Shown here in pieces: positions 9,444 through 19,618 of a stretch of 64,000 nucleotides of DNA. Origin of the DNA: an uncultured delta proteobacterium (GTDB taxonomy: Bacteria; Desulfobacterota; RBG-13-43-22); contig CAWBOS010000012.1 in assembly GCA_963790475.1 (NCBI GenBank), forward strand, positions 1,533,876-1,597,875. The letters are read 5' to 3'. Under the pieces are notes generated by a model. It ran no database searches, was not told the DNA's origin, and saw only the letters and a list, made by a program, of their open reading frames with translations. Positions within the stretch are counted from its first letter, which is position 1. Every line of letters starts with the position of its first letter. The translations under genes and the position numbers were made by a program.

Positions 9444-11141
9444 ATGTTCAAAAGCAATCGCATTGGAGAATTATTACTTCGGGAACAAAAGATCACGGCC
9501 AAACAATTGGACGAGGCCTTAGCCGAACAAAAGCGTCAAGGCGGACAGTCTAAAATTGGCAACCTTTTGATTCAGAAGGGGTTTATCGACGAAGAGACCC
9601 TTTTGCTTTTTTTATCCAAACAATTCGGATTACCGAAAATCGATCTTTCCCGGATTGAATTTGATCCGGCCTTGGTCGACCTAATCCCGGACAACATCGC
9701 CCGGAAATATGAAATCCTGCCCATCGGCAAAGAGGGGGCCACTTTAAAAATGGCTATCTCCGATCCCTCGAATATCTTTGCCCTGGATGATCTGAAATTC
9801 TTGACCGGAAGCAATATTCAGTTGTTTCTGTCGACTGAAAAACAACTTAAAGAGGCCCTGGACAAGCATTACAACCTGACTTCCACCCTGAATCAGGCCT
9901 TGGAAGATCTGAAAGGCATGGAAGTCGATTTCATCCATCCTGATGAAGAAATGGATGAGACCAGTCTGGAAATTGCCGCCAAAGAGGCCCCGGTGGTCAA
10001 ATTGGCTAATCTTCTGCTGGTGGATGCCATCAAAAGGGGGGCCAGCGATATCCATTTTGAGGCCTATGATCGCGCCTTTCGGGTGCGATATCGTATTGAC
10101 GGGGTCCTCTATGAGATCATGAATCCCCCGGTAAAACTGAAAAATGCCCTGGTATCCCGTTTGAAGATCATGTCCAACCTCAATATAGCCGAAAGAAGAC
10201 TCCCTCAAGACGGTCGGTTAAAATTGCGGTTTGGAGAAAATCGAGAGATGGATTTTCGGGTTTCGGTCTTGCCGACCCTCTATGGAGAAAAAGTGGTTTT
10301 ACGACTTCTGGACAAGACCAACCTTCAGGTTGATTTGGAACGGCTGGGTTTTGAACCGGAGGCCTTGGTTAAATTTTATGAAGCGGTCCATAAACCCTAT
10401 GGGATGATCTTAGTCACCGGACCCACCGGAAGCGGAAAGACCACCACCCTTTATTCCACCCTGGGTGAATTAAATAAAGCTACCCAGAACATTTCCACCG
10501 TAGAGGACCCGGTGGAATTGAATATTTACGGGATCAATCAGGTTCAGGTTCACGAAGAAATCGGCCTGAGTTTTTCCAATGTGTTACGCTCTTTTCTTCG
10601 TCAAGATCCTGATATTATCATGGTAGGTGAAATACGGGACAAGGAAACAGCGGAAATATCCATCAAGGCGGCCCTAACCGGCCATCTGGTCCTGAGCACC
10701 CTGCATACCAACGATGCTTCCAACACCGTTACCCGATTATTGGATATGGGGATTGAGCCATTTCTGGTCGCTTCTTCGATGAACCTGGTGGTGGCCCAGA
10801 GACTGGTTCGAAAATTATGCCCCAACTGCAAAAAAAAGGTTGAGAAATCCACAGATTTATTTAAAGAGTTCAATCTGGATCCCGATATCCACAGCTTGTC
10901 GGAAACAGTCGGTTGCCCGGCCTGCAATTTTTCAGGGTTTAAAGGGCGAACCGCGATTTATGAGGTCCTGCCTTTTTTTGAAAAACTGAAAGAACTGATC
11001 TTCGAAAGGGCCTCTGCGGCCGAAATAAAAAAAATAGCCCGGACCGAGGGGATGAAAACCCTTCGAGAGAGCGGGATCACTAAGGTGTTGGAAGGGGTGA
11101 CCACCCTTGAAGAAGTTATCCGGGTTACGGATAAGGACTAA
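9444..11141 (+). CDS. pilB: Type IV-A pilus assembly ATPase
   Basis: N-terminal RIGELL, ASDIHFE, AERRLPQDGR, GPTGSGKTTT, LRQDPDIIMVGEIRD, CxxC pairs. Confidence 0.96.
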   Translation: MFKSNRIGELLLREQKITAKQLDEALAEQKRQGGQSKIGNLLIQKGFIDEETLLLFLSKQFGLPKIDLSRIEFDPALVDLIPDNIARKYEILPIGKEGATLKMAISDPSNIFALDDLKFLTGSNIQLFLSTEKQLKEALDKHYNLTSTLNQALEDLKGMEVDFIHPDEEMDETSLEIAAKEAPVVKLANLLLVDAIKRGASDIHFEAYDRAFRVRYRIDGVLYEIMNPPVKLKNALVSRLKIMSNLNIAERRLPQDGRLKLRFGENREMDFRVSVLPTLYGEKVVLRLLDKTNLQVDLERLGFEPEALVKFYEAVHKPYGMILVTGPTGSGKTTTLYSTLGELNKATQNISTVEDPVELNIYGINQVQVHEEIGLSFSNVLRSFLRQDPDIIMVGEIRDKETAEISIKAALTGHLVLSTLHTNDASNTVTRLLDMGIEPFLVASSMNLVVAQRLVRKLCPNCKKKVEKSTDLFKEFNLDPDIHSLSETVGCPACNFSGFKGRTAIYEVLPFFEKLKELIFERASAAEIKKIARTEGMKTLRESGITKVLEGVTTLEEVIRVTDKD

Positions 11142-11162
11142 CCAAAACTATTTGAAGTTATT

Positions 11163-11260
11163 GAATCCAGAATCCAGGAGTCAGAATTCAGAATGAGAGG
11201 GAGTCGTTAACAAGCTTTTCCGGTTTTATTCTGAATTCAGGATTCTGAATCCTGGATTCT
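11163..11260. repeat. Intergenic heptamer inverted array (CAGAATY type)
   Basis: GAATCCAGAATCCAGGAGTCAGAATTCAGAAT ... ATTCTGAATTCAGGATTCTGAATCCTGGATTCT. Confidence 0.8.
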
Positions 11261-11346
11261 AAACATTACAGCGAAGATTGATTACTAAAATATTAGGGAT
11301 AGATTCATAAATAATAATTTGTAAGAATCTTATTAAGGACTCCAAC

Positions 11347-12555
11347 ATGCCGACCTATACCTGGCAAGGAAAATCAAAGCAGGGCGAAGTTAAAAGAGGG
11401 GAACTGGTGGCCGATAACCCGGCCGTGGCCCGCTTACAACTCCGAAAAATGGGCCTCCAGCCTGATCGTGTTCAGGAGAAAAGGGAACAGTCGGTCAAGA
11501 GATTGGCCTTTCGGAAAAAAATTCCCAGGAAATTGATTGTTATCTTTACCCGCCAGTTTGCTACGATGATCAATGCCGGTCTCCCCTTGATCCAATGTCT
11601 AAATATCCTGGCCACCCAACAGGAGAACGCCTCTTTTTCCAATGTCATAACCCGGGTCAAAGGGGATGTGGAAAGCGGACAATCCTTGAACGAAGCCTTA
11701 AAAAAACATCCCAAGGTCTTTGATGAGCTTTATACCAATCTGGTGCAAGCCGGCGAAACCGGCGGGATCCTGGATGTCATTCTAAACCGGCTGTCCGCTT
11801 ATATCGAAAAGAGCGAGAAGCTCAAAAAAAAAGTTAAAGGGGCTATGGTCTACCCGGCGGTGGTTTCCGGGGTTGCGGTGGTTGTTACCGCGGTTATTTT
11901 GCTTTTCGTAATCCCGGTTTTCGAAAAAATGTTTTCCGAAGTCGGTCAATCCCTCCCGGCCCCCACCCGATTTGTCATCAACTTGAGCCGTTTTGTAACC
12001 AATAATTTTCTTTATATCCTGGTCGGGGCCGTGGCTTTCATTTATATTCTGCGCCGGATTTATCGGACCGAAAAAGGCAAATATTTAATGGATGATCTTT
12101 TTTTGAAATTGCCGATTTTCGGCATGTTGCTCCGAAAGGTGGCTGTGGCCAAGTTTACCCGAACCTTTGGAACCATGGTCAGCAGTGGGGTGCCAATTTT
12201 AGAAGCCATGGACATTGTAGCCAAATCCTCCGGGAACAAAGTGGTGGAAAAGGCCATTTATAAGGCCCGGGGGAGTATTGCCCAGGGAAGGACCATTTCC
12301 GAACCATTGGAGGAAAGCAAGGTTTTTCCCCGTATGGTAACTCAGATGATCGGGGTTGGTGAGGCCTCAGGGGAACTGGATACCATGCTCAATAAAATCG
12401 CCGACTTTTATGATGACGATGTCGATGCTGCTGTCAATAACCTGACTTCCATGATGGAGCCGATTATGATGGTGATTCTGGGAGGGATCGTCGGTGGATT
12501 GGTAATTTCCATGTATTTGCCGATCTTTAAGATGGGAGAAGCCATTACCGGTTAA
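11347..12555 (+). CDS. pilC: Type IV pilus inner-membrane platform protein (T2SS F family)
   Basis: FTRQFATMINAGLP, AGETGGILD, KGAMVYP, GEASGELD, SMYLPIF. Confidence 0.96.
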   Translation: MPTYTWQGKSKQGEVKRGELVADNPAVARLQLRKMGLQPDRVQEKREQSVKRLAFRKKIPRKLIVIFTRQFATMINAGLPLIQCLNILATQQENASFSNVITRVKGDVESGQSLNEALKKHPKVFDELYTNLVQAGETGGILDVILNRLSAYIEKSEKLKKKVKGAMVYPAVVSGVAVVVTAVILLFVIPVFEKMFSEVGQSLPAPTRFVINLSRFVTNNFLYILVGAVAFIYILRRIYRTEKGKYLMDDLFLKLPIFGMLLRKVAVAKFTRTFGTMVSSGVPILEAMDIVAKSSGNKVVEKAIYKARGSIAQGRTISEPLEESKVFPRMVTQMIGVGEASGELDTMLNKIADFYDDDVDAAVNNLTSMMEPIMMVILGGIVGGLVISMYLPIFKMGEAITG

Positions 12556-12728
12556 TGATTTCCGGCGAGGTTGAAGGATTGTCCGGAAAAGCGGGCTGAA
12601 GTTGTCTCCTCCCCGCGAATTCAAAGCAAAAGGGAGCCGCCCAAATTCTTTTCTTTAAACGATTCCAAACCCATTGCCAGTTTGATCCTGCTCCGATGTT
12701 TAACACTTTTATCCTGAGATGAACGTTC

Positions 12729-14450
12729 ATGATATCCTTTTCCCTCATAACGAACTCCACTCCGGCCGAAGAATTCTCTTCGCGGAACTGGTTTTATATT
12801 GAAGAAGATTTTTTACGGAAAACCCGGTGGCTTGTTTTATGGCGGCTGGTTTTCATTTCCTCCTTTCTTTTGCTGACTGTGTTCCTTCATGAGAAAGAGT
12901 TTTTTATCCGCTTTCCTTCTGGTTTTTCTCCTGTCTATTCCCTGATCGCCCTGCAATATTTTTTTTCAATCCTCTATCTCCTTTTTCTTTTGCGGGGGAC
13001 GGCTGTCAAAAGAATTGCCCTTTTACAGTTAGGTTTGGACGGACTTTTCGTAACGGGCGTAGTCTATGCCACTGGTGGCATAGAGAGTTTTTTTTCCTAC
13101 CTCTATTTTTTAGTCATTTTGGCCTCCGGCCTCCTTTTTTTTCGAAAGGGTGGATTATTATCCGCCCTCTATGTAGGAGTATTGTACACCCTTCTCCTTT
13201 TGCTCCAAGGTTTCGGTAAAATCCCCTTCTATTACGGGTCGACCGAGCAACCCCCTTTTGTTTCCCAGAGGTATCTCTTTTATCAGATCGTTATGAATGG
13301 GATGGGCTTTTTTTTTGTGGGTTACCTCAGCAGCATTCTTGCCGAACAAACCCAAAAACAACGAAGCCAGATTGAAAGGCAGAGGAAGAATATCGATCAA
13401 TTAGAGGAACTGAACCGGATCGTCATCGAGAACCTGGATATCGGATTGATCACTCTGGATTATGAAAACAAAATCCAGAGCATTAACCGGGCTGGAGAGA
13501 AAATTCTGGGCCGGCGGGCAGGCGATTTAGTCCATCGGCCTCTGAACACCTTGTTTCCCGATTTGGAGGGGGGTCTTGACTTCAATGGCATTCTCGAGGG
13601 AAAGCGCATGGAGACCGCCTATATTACCCCTGAGGGGGGAGTCACCACTTTAGGTTTTTCCTTTAATCGGGTTAAAGAAAATCGATCTCAAGGGATTGGG
13701 AAAATAATTTCTTTTAAAAACATCTCTCAAATTAAAATCATGGAAGAACACCTGCGTCAGGTAGATCGTTTAGCCTTAATGGGAAAAATGGCGGCCGGGA
13801 TCGCTCATGAAGTCAGAAATCCCCTGGCTTCGATCAGCGGATCGATCCAGGTCTTGAAGGATGATTTTAAAGGAAAAGGAACCGGGGAACGCCTTTTAAA
13901 TATTATTTCCAGGGAGGTGTCCAAACTGGATTCTTTAATGAATGATTTTCTGGCCTTTACCAAACCGGTTCAAGCGATTCAAACCCGTTTGAATATTTCG
14001 GAATTAATCCTGGAAACGGTTGATCTGATTAAAAAGAATAGACAGTTTTCCTCGACCATTACCTGGAAATTGGAGATCACCCCCGCCCTTTTCCTTAAAA
14101 TTTCCGCCGGAGAGCTGTCGCAGATTTTATGGAATCTTCTGATGAACGCCCTGCAGGCCGTTCCTGCCGATGGTGAGATTTCCATTGCCGCCCGGCAACT
14201 GCGAACAGAAAATCAAGAGGACTGGATAGAAATTAAAGTGCAAGATAACGGCTCCGGTATCAGCGAGGGGGATCAGGTTAAAATTTTTGAACCTTTCTTT
14301 ACAACCAAAGATCGAGGGACCGGGCTTGGTTTGAGCATCGTTCAAAAACTGATTTCTGATCTTGGCGGAAATATCCATTTGGTGAGTTCTTCAGGAAAAG
14401 GAGCTGAATTTACCATCCAATTACCTAACCCGGACAAGCCGGAACCATAG
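12729..14450 (+). CDS. pilS: Two-component sensor histidine kinase, PilS-like (TM + PAS + HisKA + HATPase)
   Basis: N-terminal TM helices with YATGGIESFFSYLY, AHEVRNPL H-box, NLLMNA, GTGLGL; follows pilC. The last 7 codons come from an inserted element; start uncertain. Confidence 0.85.
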   Translation: MISFSLITNSTPAEEFSSRNWFYIEEDFLRKTRWLVLWRLVFISSFLLLTVFLHEKEFFIRFPSGFSPVYSLIALQYFFSILYLLFLLRGTAVKRIALLQLGLDGLFVTGVVYATGGIESFFSYLYFLVILASGLLFFRKGGLLSALYVGVLYTLLLLLQGFGKIPFYYGSTEQPPFVSQRYLFYQIVMNGMGFFFVGYLSSILAEQTQKQRSQIERQRKNIDQLEELNRIVIENLDIGLITLDYENKIQSINRAGEKILGRRAGDLVHRPLNTLFPDLEGGLDFNGILEGKRMETAYITPEGGVTTLGFSFNRVKENRSQGIGKIISFKNISQIKIMEEHLRQVDRLALMGKMAAGIAHEVRNPLASISGSIQVLKDDFKGKGTGERLLNIISREVSKLDSLMNDFLAFTKPVQAIQTRLNISELILETVDLIKKNRQFSSTITWKLEITPALFLKISAGELSQILWNLLMNALQAVPADGEISIAARQLRTENQEDWIEIKVQDNGSGISEGDQVKIFEPFFTTKDRGTGLGLSIVQKLISDLGGNIHLVSSSGKGAEFTIQLPNPDKPEP

Positions 14451-14632
14451 TTGAAATATTGGAACATGTGGTGGATTCGTAAAAAGTCGCCGAAAGCCTA
14501 TTTTCGTCATTCCCTTGAAAAAGGGAATCCAGTGTTTTTAATAAGTTGAGAATAGCCTGGATTCCCGCCTCCGCGGGAATGACGACGAAATATTCTATCC
14601 AATTTGAGTAGAATTCTATTCCTAAGTTACTA
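14428..14632. mobile_element. ~205-bp non-autonomous element (copy 1), inserted at CTA^A in the pilS 3' end
   Basis: Near-identical to 42987-43195 (about 4 substitutions and one small indel). Flanked by CTAA on both sides; removal restores pilS ...QLPKEAG*. Contains a GTCATTCCC..GGGAATCCAG..CTGGATTCCC..GGGAATGAC REP-like core. Confidence 0.85.
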
Positions 14633-14657
14633 AGGAGGCCGGTTAAATTGATTAGGA

Positions 14658-14690
14658 ATAGTGATGGACTTTTTACGAGTCCATCACTAT
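14658..14690. terminator. Perfect 13-bp hairpin (terminator or collapsed MITE)
   Basis: ATAGTGATGGACT-TTTTACG-AGTCCATCACTAT; directly followed by TTGACA-17nt-TAAGAA, a possible hisH promoter. Confidence 0.55.
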
Positions 14691-14725
14691 TGACATCAAG
14701 GAAAGTTTGGGTTAAGAAAAAATCC

Positions 14726-15364
14726 ATGATTAGTATTATAGACTATAAGGCCGGCAATCTGACCAGCGTGGAAAGGGCTTTGAAGAAATTATCCATCCCT
14801 TGCCGGATTACCCAAGATCCGGATTTTATCCTGCAATCGGATCGGGTTATTTTTCCTGGGGTTGGTGCCGCCGGTGAGGCCATGAAGGTCCTCCGGGCTG
14901 CCGGGCTGGATGAAGCCATCAAAGCCTTCTTTCGTTCCGGACGTCCTTTATTGGGAATTTGCCTGGGGACCCAGGTTATTTTGGATTTCAGCCAGGAAAA
15001 TCAAACCGCCTGTCTGGGGATCCTTCCCGGGGAAGTGGTTCGTTTTCCCGACCCTCACCTGGATGAAAATGGAAAGGTTCTAAAGATACCCCACATGGGC
15101 TGGAACCGGGTGGATTGGAGTCGGTCCCATCCTCTGGTTCGAACCCTGCCGCCAGAGAGCACCTTTTATTTCGTCCATTCCTATTACCCGGTTCCCCGGG
15201 AAGAAAACCATATTCTGGGCCGGACTCATTATGGATTTTCCTTCCCTTCGGCCCTGGCTTACAAGAATTTAGCGGCCCTTCAATTCCATCCTGAAAAGAG
15301 CGGACCTCCGGGTCTGGCCTTTTTGAAGGCCTTTTCCGAATGGGAGGGACAGGATGCTGACTAA
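14726..15364 (+). CDS. hisH: Imidazole glycerol phosphate synthase, glutaminase subunit
   Basis: [44 protein letters not shown]. Confidence 0.97.
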   Translation: MISIIDYKAGNLTSVERALKKLSIPCRITQDPDFILQSDRVIFPGVGAAGEAMKVLRAAGLDEAIKAFFRSGRPLLGICLGTQVILDFSQENQTACLGILPGEVVRFPDPHLDENGKVLKIPHMGWNRVDWSRSHPLVRTLPPESTFYFVHSYYPVPREENHILGRTHYGFSFPSALAYKNLAALQFHPEKSGPPGLAFLKAFSEWEGQDAD

Positions 15365-16133
15365 ACGTATTATCCCCTGTCTGGATGTGCGGGATGGGAA
15401 AACCACCAAAGGGATCCGTTTCAAAAATAATATCGACATTGGAGACCCGGTAGAAATGGCCCGCTTTTATTATGAAGAAGGGGCGGATGAATTGGTTTTC
15501 TACGATATCACGGCTTCAGCGGAAAAAAGGGCGATCATGATCGAAGTGGTTCAGCGGGTCGCCGAAGAAATATTTATCCCCTTTTCAGTTGGAGGAGGAA
15601 TAACCTCTCTGGAAGATATGCGTCAGGTCCTTTTGGCCGGGGCGGAAAAAGTCAGTATTAATTCAGCGGCGATAAAAAACCCTTTATTGATCCAGGAAGG
15701 GGCTCAGGCTTTTGGCGGACAATGCATTGTATTGGGCATGGACGTCAAAAAAGTCCCGTCCCATCCTGCTGTTCCCTCCGGATATGAGATGGTCATTCAT
15801 GGTGGCCGGACTTTTACCGGGATTGATGCCTTGTGGTGGGCCAGAGAAGCGGCTCGCCTGGGGGCCGGCGAAATCTGTTTGAATTCTATTGATGCCGATG
15901 GAACCCAAAAAGGCTATGAAATGGATTTGACGGCTTTGATTTCCGAAGCCGTTTCCATTCCCGTGATTGCTTCCGGAGGGGCCGGCCTTCCAGAACATAT
16001 CGGCCAGGTTTTAGGACAGGGGAAGGCCGATGCGGCCCTGATCGCCTCCATGACCCATTATGGGGCTTATACGGTTCGTCAAATCAAAGATTATTTAAGA
16101 GACCAAGGGATACCGGTGAGGTATATCTGGTAG
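15354..16133 (+). CDS. hisF: Imidazole glycerol phosphate synthase, cyclase subunit
   Basis: [40 protein letters not shown]. Confidence 0.98.
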   Translation: MLTKRIIPCLDVRDGKTTKGIRFKNNIDIGDPVEMARFYYEEGADELVFYDITASAEKRAIMIEVVQRVAEEIFIPFSVGGGITSLEDMRQVLLAGAEKVSINSAAIKNPLLIQEGAQAFGGQCIVLGMDVKKVPSHPAVPSGYEMVIHGGRTFTGIDALWWAREAARLGAGEICLNSIDADGTQKGYEMDLTALISEAVSIPVIASGGAGLPEHIGQVLGQGKADAALIASMTHYGAYTVRQIKDYLRDQGIPVRYIW

Positions 16134-16232
16134 CTCATCGCTCATTACTGATAGCGGATAGCCCAGAACTAAAAACAAAAAAGGGAGGTCTTTCCCTTGG
16201 AGCTATGAGCGTAGAGTTATGAGTTTCTCAGC
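16131..16232. repeat. Intergenic heptamer inverted array (GCTSATA type)
   Basis: TAGCTCATCGCTCATTACTGATAGCGGATAGC ... GCTATGAGCGTAGAGTTATGAG..TCAGCTA. Confidence 0.65.
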
Positions 16233-16248
16233 TAAAAAGGAAGGCTTT

Positions 16249-17043
16249 ATGTTCAGTCCAACAAACTTTTTTGATTCTGCGGATTGGGAACACCAGGAAC
16301 TCTTCTCCGACGTTAAACAGATCTGGGAAGTTTTGCCGAAGATAAAACCTTATTTGCAGTCCAGGGTTCGCTCCAACCTGGAAGGAATTCTCCAGGATGG
16401 CCCTTTTCTACCCCGAATGGTTGTTTTATACCAGGGACGGGTTTTGGAGAAGGGGATCTCAATCATTCCCGGAGATGCCACCAAAGGGCATTTCAGGGTT
16501 GTTTATGAAAACCAGGAACTGAAGGAGGCCACCGTTTTGTTTGGCGGTGTTACCCTGATCGGAAAGGATATTTTTATAGGTCAGGGGACGGTGGTAGAAA
16601 CCGGGGCCTATATCCAAGGCCCGACCTTTATTGGCCGGCAAACCGAGATACGCCAGGGGGCCTATCTGCGTGGCGGATGCCTGGTGGGAGATCGTTGCGT
16701 GGTAGGCCATGTGACCGAAATGAAAAATTCCGTGATGCTTAACGGGGCCAAGGCCGGTCATTTTGCTTATATCGGCGACAGCCTTTTGGGAAAAGACTGC
16801 AATCTGGGGGCCGGCACCAAACTCGCCAATCTTAAAATGATTAATAATACTATTAAGGTGAAAGGTGTCGACAAAACCCACGACACCGGCCTCAGGAAAT
16901 TCGGGGCTGTTTTGGGAGATCATACGGAGACGGGGTGCAATTCCGTCACCAATCCCGGAACACTGTTGGGGCCGAAGAGTATCGTGGGACCCAACGCCAC
17001 GGTTAAGGCCGGATTTTATCCCCGTCAATCGGTCATTCGATAA
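16249..17043 (+). CDS. Left-handed beta-helix (hexapeptide) acyltransferase, GlmU C-terminal-like
   Basis: IQGPTFIG, EIRQGAYLRG, HFAYIGDSLLG, NLGAGTKLAN, TGLRKFGAVLGD; no N-terminal nucleotidyltransferase motif. Confidence 0.85.
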   Translation: MFSPTNFFDSADWEHQELFSDVKQIWEVLPKIKPYLQSRVRSNLEGILQDGPFLPRMVVLYQGRVLEKGISIIPGDATKGHFRVVYENQELKEATVLFGGVTLIGKDIFIGQGTVVETGAYIQGPTFIGRQTEIRQGAYLRGGCLVGDRCVVGHVTEMKNSVMLNGAKAGHFAYIGDSLLGKDCNLGAGTKLANLKMINNTIKVKGVDKTHDTGLRKFGAVLGDHTETGCNSVTNPGTLLGPKSIVGPNATVKAGFYPRQSVIR

Positions 17044-17122
17044 CCTCGATTATCTTGATAGCTGACTGCCCATAGCTCTTTAGAGGCCTGCCGGGTTCTA
17101 ATTAATAATTCTTGGATTTTTC

Positions 17123-17905
17123 ATGACAAACGGATTTCGTATTGCTTTCAGTCATCGTTTTAAAGAGTGCCCGGGTGTGGCGATCATCCAGGCCCGGCCC
17201 AATTTTTCTGACTATACGCCAGAGGAAAAACAGCAAATAAGGACGGCCGAGAAGATCTATTACCCGACGCCGCTTTACGTTGATCTGTTTATGACCATGA
17301 GGAAGGCGATTTTCCCCAGTCGGGAAACCTATGTTTATTCCGGTGACAAGATAAAACAGACCGCCCTCTTTGAATTTTTGCAGATTCCTCACCCCCGGAC
17401 GCGGGTCTATTTCGGACAGCAAAAAAAAAGGATTCAAAAAGATTTTGGATTTCCCTTCATTGCCAAGGTTCCCCGGGGATCTTCTATGGGACGGGGAGTC
17501 TTTCTGATCCATAATGAAGAAGAGTTAAGACGTTATCTGCAACGATCTCCTGTGGCGTATATACAGGAGTATCTTCCCCTGGATCGGGATCTGAGGGTGA
17601 TCCTGATTAATCATCAGATCATATTATCCTATTGGAAAATTGCCCCTCCGGGGGAATTCCGGAATAATTTGGCGCAAGGTGCTTCCATCCATTTCGATGA
17701 AATCCCGGAGGAGGCCCTGGCCTTTGCCGTCCGGGTCACCCGAAGGTGCAATTTTGATGACGTCGGATTGGATTTGTGCCATACTTCCGATAAAGGGTGG
17801 ATGGTCCTGGAGGCCAATATGAACTATGGGCTGCAGGGATTAAAAGAAAAAGGTCTGGATATTCGGGTAGTGTTAAAAGAGTTAATGATACAAGGGAAGA
17901 TTTGA
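17123..17905 (+). CDS. RimK-like ATP-grasp ligase
   Basis: DKIKQ, FPFIAKVPRGSSMGRGVFLI, YIQEYLP, DLRV, FRNNLAQG, LEAN. Confidence 0.88.
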   Translation: MTNGFRIAFSHRFKECPGVAIIQARPNFSDYTPEEKQQIRTAEKIYYPTPLYVDLFMTMRKAIFPSRETYVYSGDKIKQTALFEFLQIPHPRTRVYFGQQKKRIQKDFGFPFIAKVPRGSSMGRGVFLIHNEEELRRYLQRSPVAYIQEYLPLDRDLRVILINHQIILSYWKIAPPGEFRNNLAQGASIHFDEIPEEALAFAVRVTRRCNFDDVGLDLCHTSDKGWMVLEANMNYGLQGLKEKGLDIRVVLKELMIQGKI

Positions 17906-18070
17906 TGTCTTAACTCAAGAGCGAAGAACGAAAATTGAAGTCCGGAAGGCGGAAGCCGGTAAAAATAAAGTCTCCCGTCTTGATTTCCGACTCCTGAATC
18001 CCATCCGTCATTAATGCCGAATTCCTAATTTGGCATGATTATTTTGTGAAAAAGGATTTTAGAAAATTTT

Positions 18071-18481
18071 ATGATGGTCCTTGATTTACAATGCGCCAAT
18101 GAACATTTTTTTGAAGGCTGGTTTGCCAATTCAGAAGCCTTTTATCACCAGAAAGAAGCCGGTGAAATTCGATGTCCGGTTTGTGAAGACAATCAGATCA
18201 ACCAAGTTTTATCTCCGGTTGCCATCAAACGCTCTTCTCGTTTTTCAAGCGCGGAGGAAGAGTTTAACCCAGCGATCCAAAAAATACGGGATGTTTATAA
18301 ATATATTGAAGAAAACTTCGAAGAAGTGGGGACCGAATTTGCCAAAGAGGCCTTAAAAATGCATTACGGGGTTACCGATCAACGAAATATCAGGGGAACT
18401 TCGACCACCGATGAGGAAAAAACATTAAAAGAAGAAGGTGTGGAATTTCATAAAATCCCTTTCCCCAAGAAAGATCAGTAG
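18071..18481 (+). CDS. DUF1178 family protein
   Basis: DLQCANEHFFEGWF, CPVC, VGTEFAKEALKMHYG, RNIRG. Confidence 0.9.
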   Translation: MMVLDLQCANEHFFEGWFANSEAFYHQKEAGEIRCPVCEDNQINQVLSPVAIKRSSRFSSAEEEFNPAIQKIRDVYKYIEENFEEVGTEFAKEALKMHYGVTDQRNIRGTSTTDEEKTLKEEGVEFHKIPFPKKDQ

Positions 18482-18487
18482 ATCACC

Positions 18488-19171
18488 ATGGACCTGGCCG
18501 TATTTAAGCAATGGGGTTCGGACACGCTGCTTACCCTGGCCACTCTTTTAATAAAAACCTGGTTCAGTACCTGCCGCCCAAGGATCTTGCACGATGAGTA
18601 TCATAAAGAGTTTTTTCTGGGTACCCGGCAATTCATAGGCGTCACCTGGCACCGGGCCTCCATCTTTTTTTGTTATTACTACGGTCCGTTTCATCCCATG
18701 GTGATGTTCAGCCAAAGTCAGGACGGGGAATATATGGCCCGGTTTGCCCAGAAATGCGGGGTTATTCCGGTCAGAGGGTCATCCACCCGTGGGGGGGAAA
18801 GGGGTTTGATCCAAATGATACGGTCTTTTCAAAGAGGAAACCGGATATGTTCCACGGTTTTGGACGGTCCCCAGGGCCCGCGTTTCAAGGCCAAGAAGGG
18901 CCTGCTTTTTTTGGCTAAAAAAACCGGTCTTCCCTTGCTCCCTTTTATCTGGTCGGCCCGAAGTCCCCTGACCCTTGAAAAAACCTGGGACAAAACCATG
19001 ATTCCCAAACCCTTCAGTGAGGTTTTAATCAGCTATGGCCCTCCCTTGTTCGTTCCAAAAGAATGTACCGACCAGGAGATGGAGGTTTTGAGTTCAGAAT
19101 TGGAGGGGCGTTTGAATGCCCTTATGATTGAGGTAGATCAGGCCTGCGGCTATAAGACCCGATGGGAGTGA
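18488..19171 (+). CDS. DUF374 / lysophospholipid acyltransferase family protein
   Basis: WH, SQSQDGE, VRGSSTRGG, DGPQGP, WDKTMIPKPF. Confidence 0.88.
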   Translation: MDLAVFKQWGSDTLLTLATLLIKTWFSTCRPRILHDEYHKEFFLGTRQFIGVTWHRASIFFCYYYGPFHPMVMFSQSQDGEYMARFAQKCGVIPVRGSSTRGGERGLIQMIRSFQRGNRICSTVLDGPQGPRFKAKKGLLFLAKKTGLPLLPFIWSARSPLTLEKTWDKTMIPKPFSEVLISYGPPLFVPKECTDQEMEVLSSELEGRLNALMIEVDQACGYKTRWE

Positions 19172-19180
19172 GATTGGGGA

Positions 19181-19450
19181 TCAGTGGTAATACCCGCTGT
19201 GGAGCATACCTAATTTTTTCAAGTAGAAAATTTTGGCCAACTCCCGAAGAAGAAGATTGGTGGATTCTTCAATTTTTTCCAGATCCTGATCACTGAGAAA
19301 TTCAGGTTGAAAGTGAGCTATCAATTCTCTTAAGTTTTCCAGTTGATGGATGATATCCAGATGGATTGCCTGTCCTCCCATAAACTCATGCACTTCCAGG
19401 ATGGTCTGAAGACAATTTTGTAAACGAAGTTGCCGTTGATGGGTTTTCAT
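19181..19450 (-). CDS. Hypothetical small helical protein
   Basis: 89-aa ORF with plausible composition, co-oriented downstream of the pilT/pilU cluster. Confidence 0.65.
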   Translation of the reverse strand: MKTHQRQLRLQNCLQTILEVHEFMGGQAIHLDIIHQLENLRELIAHFQPEFLSDQDLEKIEESTNLLLRELAKIFYLKKLGMLHSGYYH

Positions 19451-19618
19451 ATCCGATGGAGCCGGTATAGATGGATTTTTTTGAATCCATCCTTCTAGGT
19501 TATTATAAAATTATAGTTTCCCTTGACCTTGACCAAAATTGAAAATTTTTCAAAACGCTTGCACCATTCAGGAAAAGAGATCCGGTCGATTCCCTCCATT
19601 AATTTAAGTCTAAGGGGG

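Noticed and set aside
11163-11260. Short repeat arrays as CRISPR
   Set aside because: Units are 7 nt and inverted, with no 25-40 nt repeats, unique spacers or cas genes.
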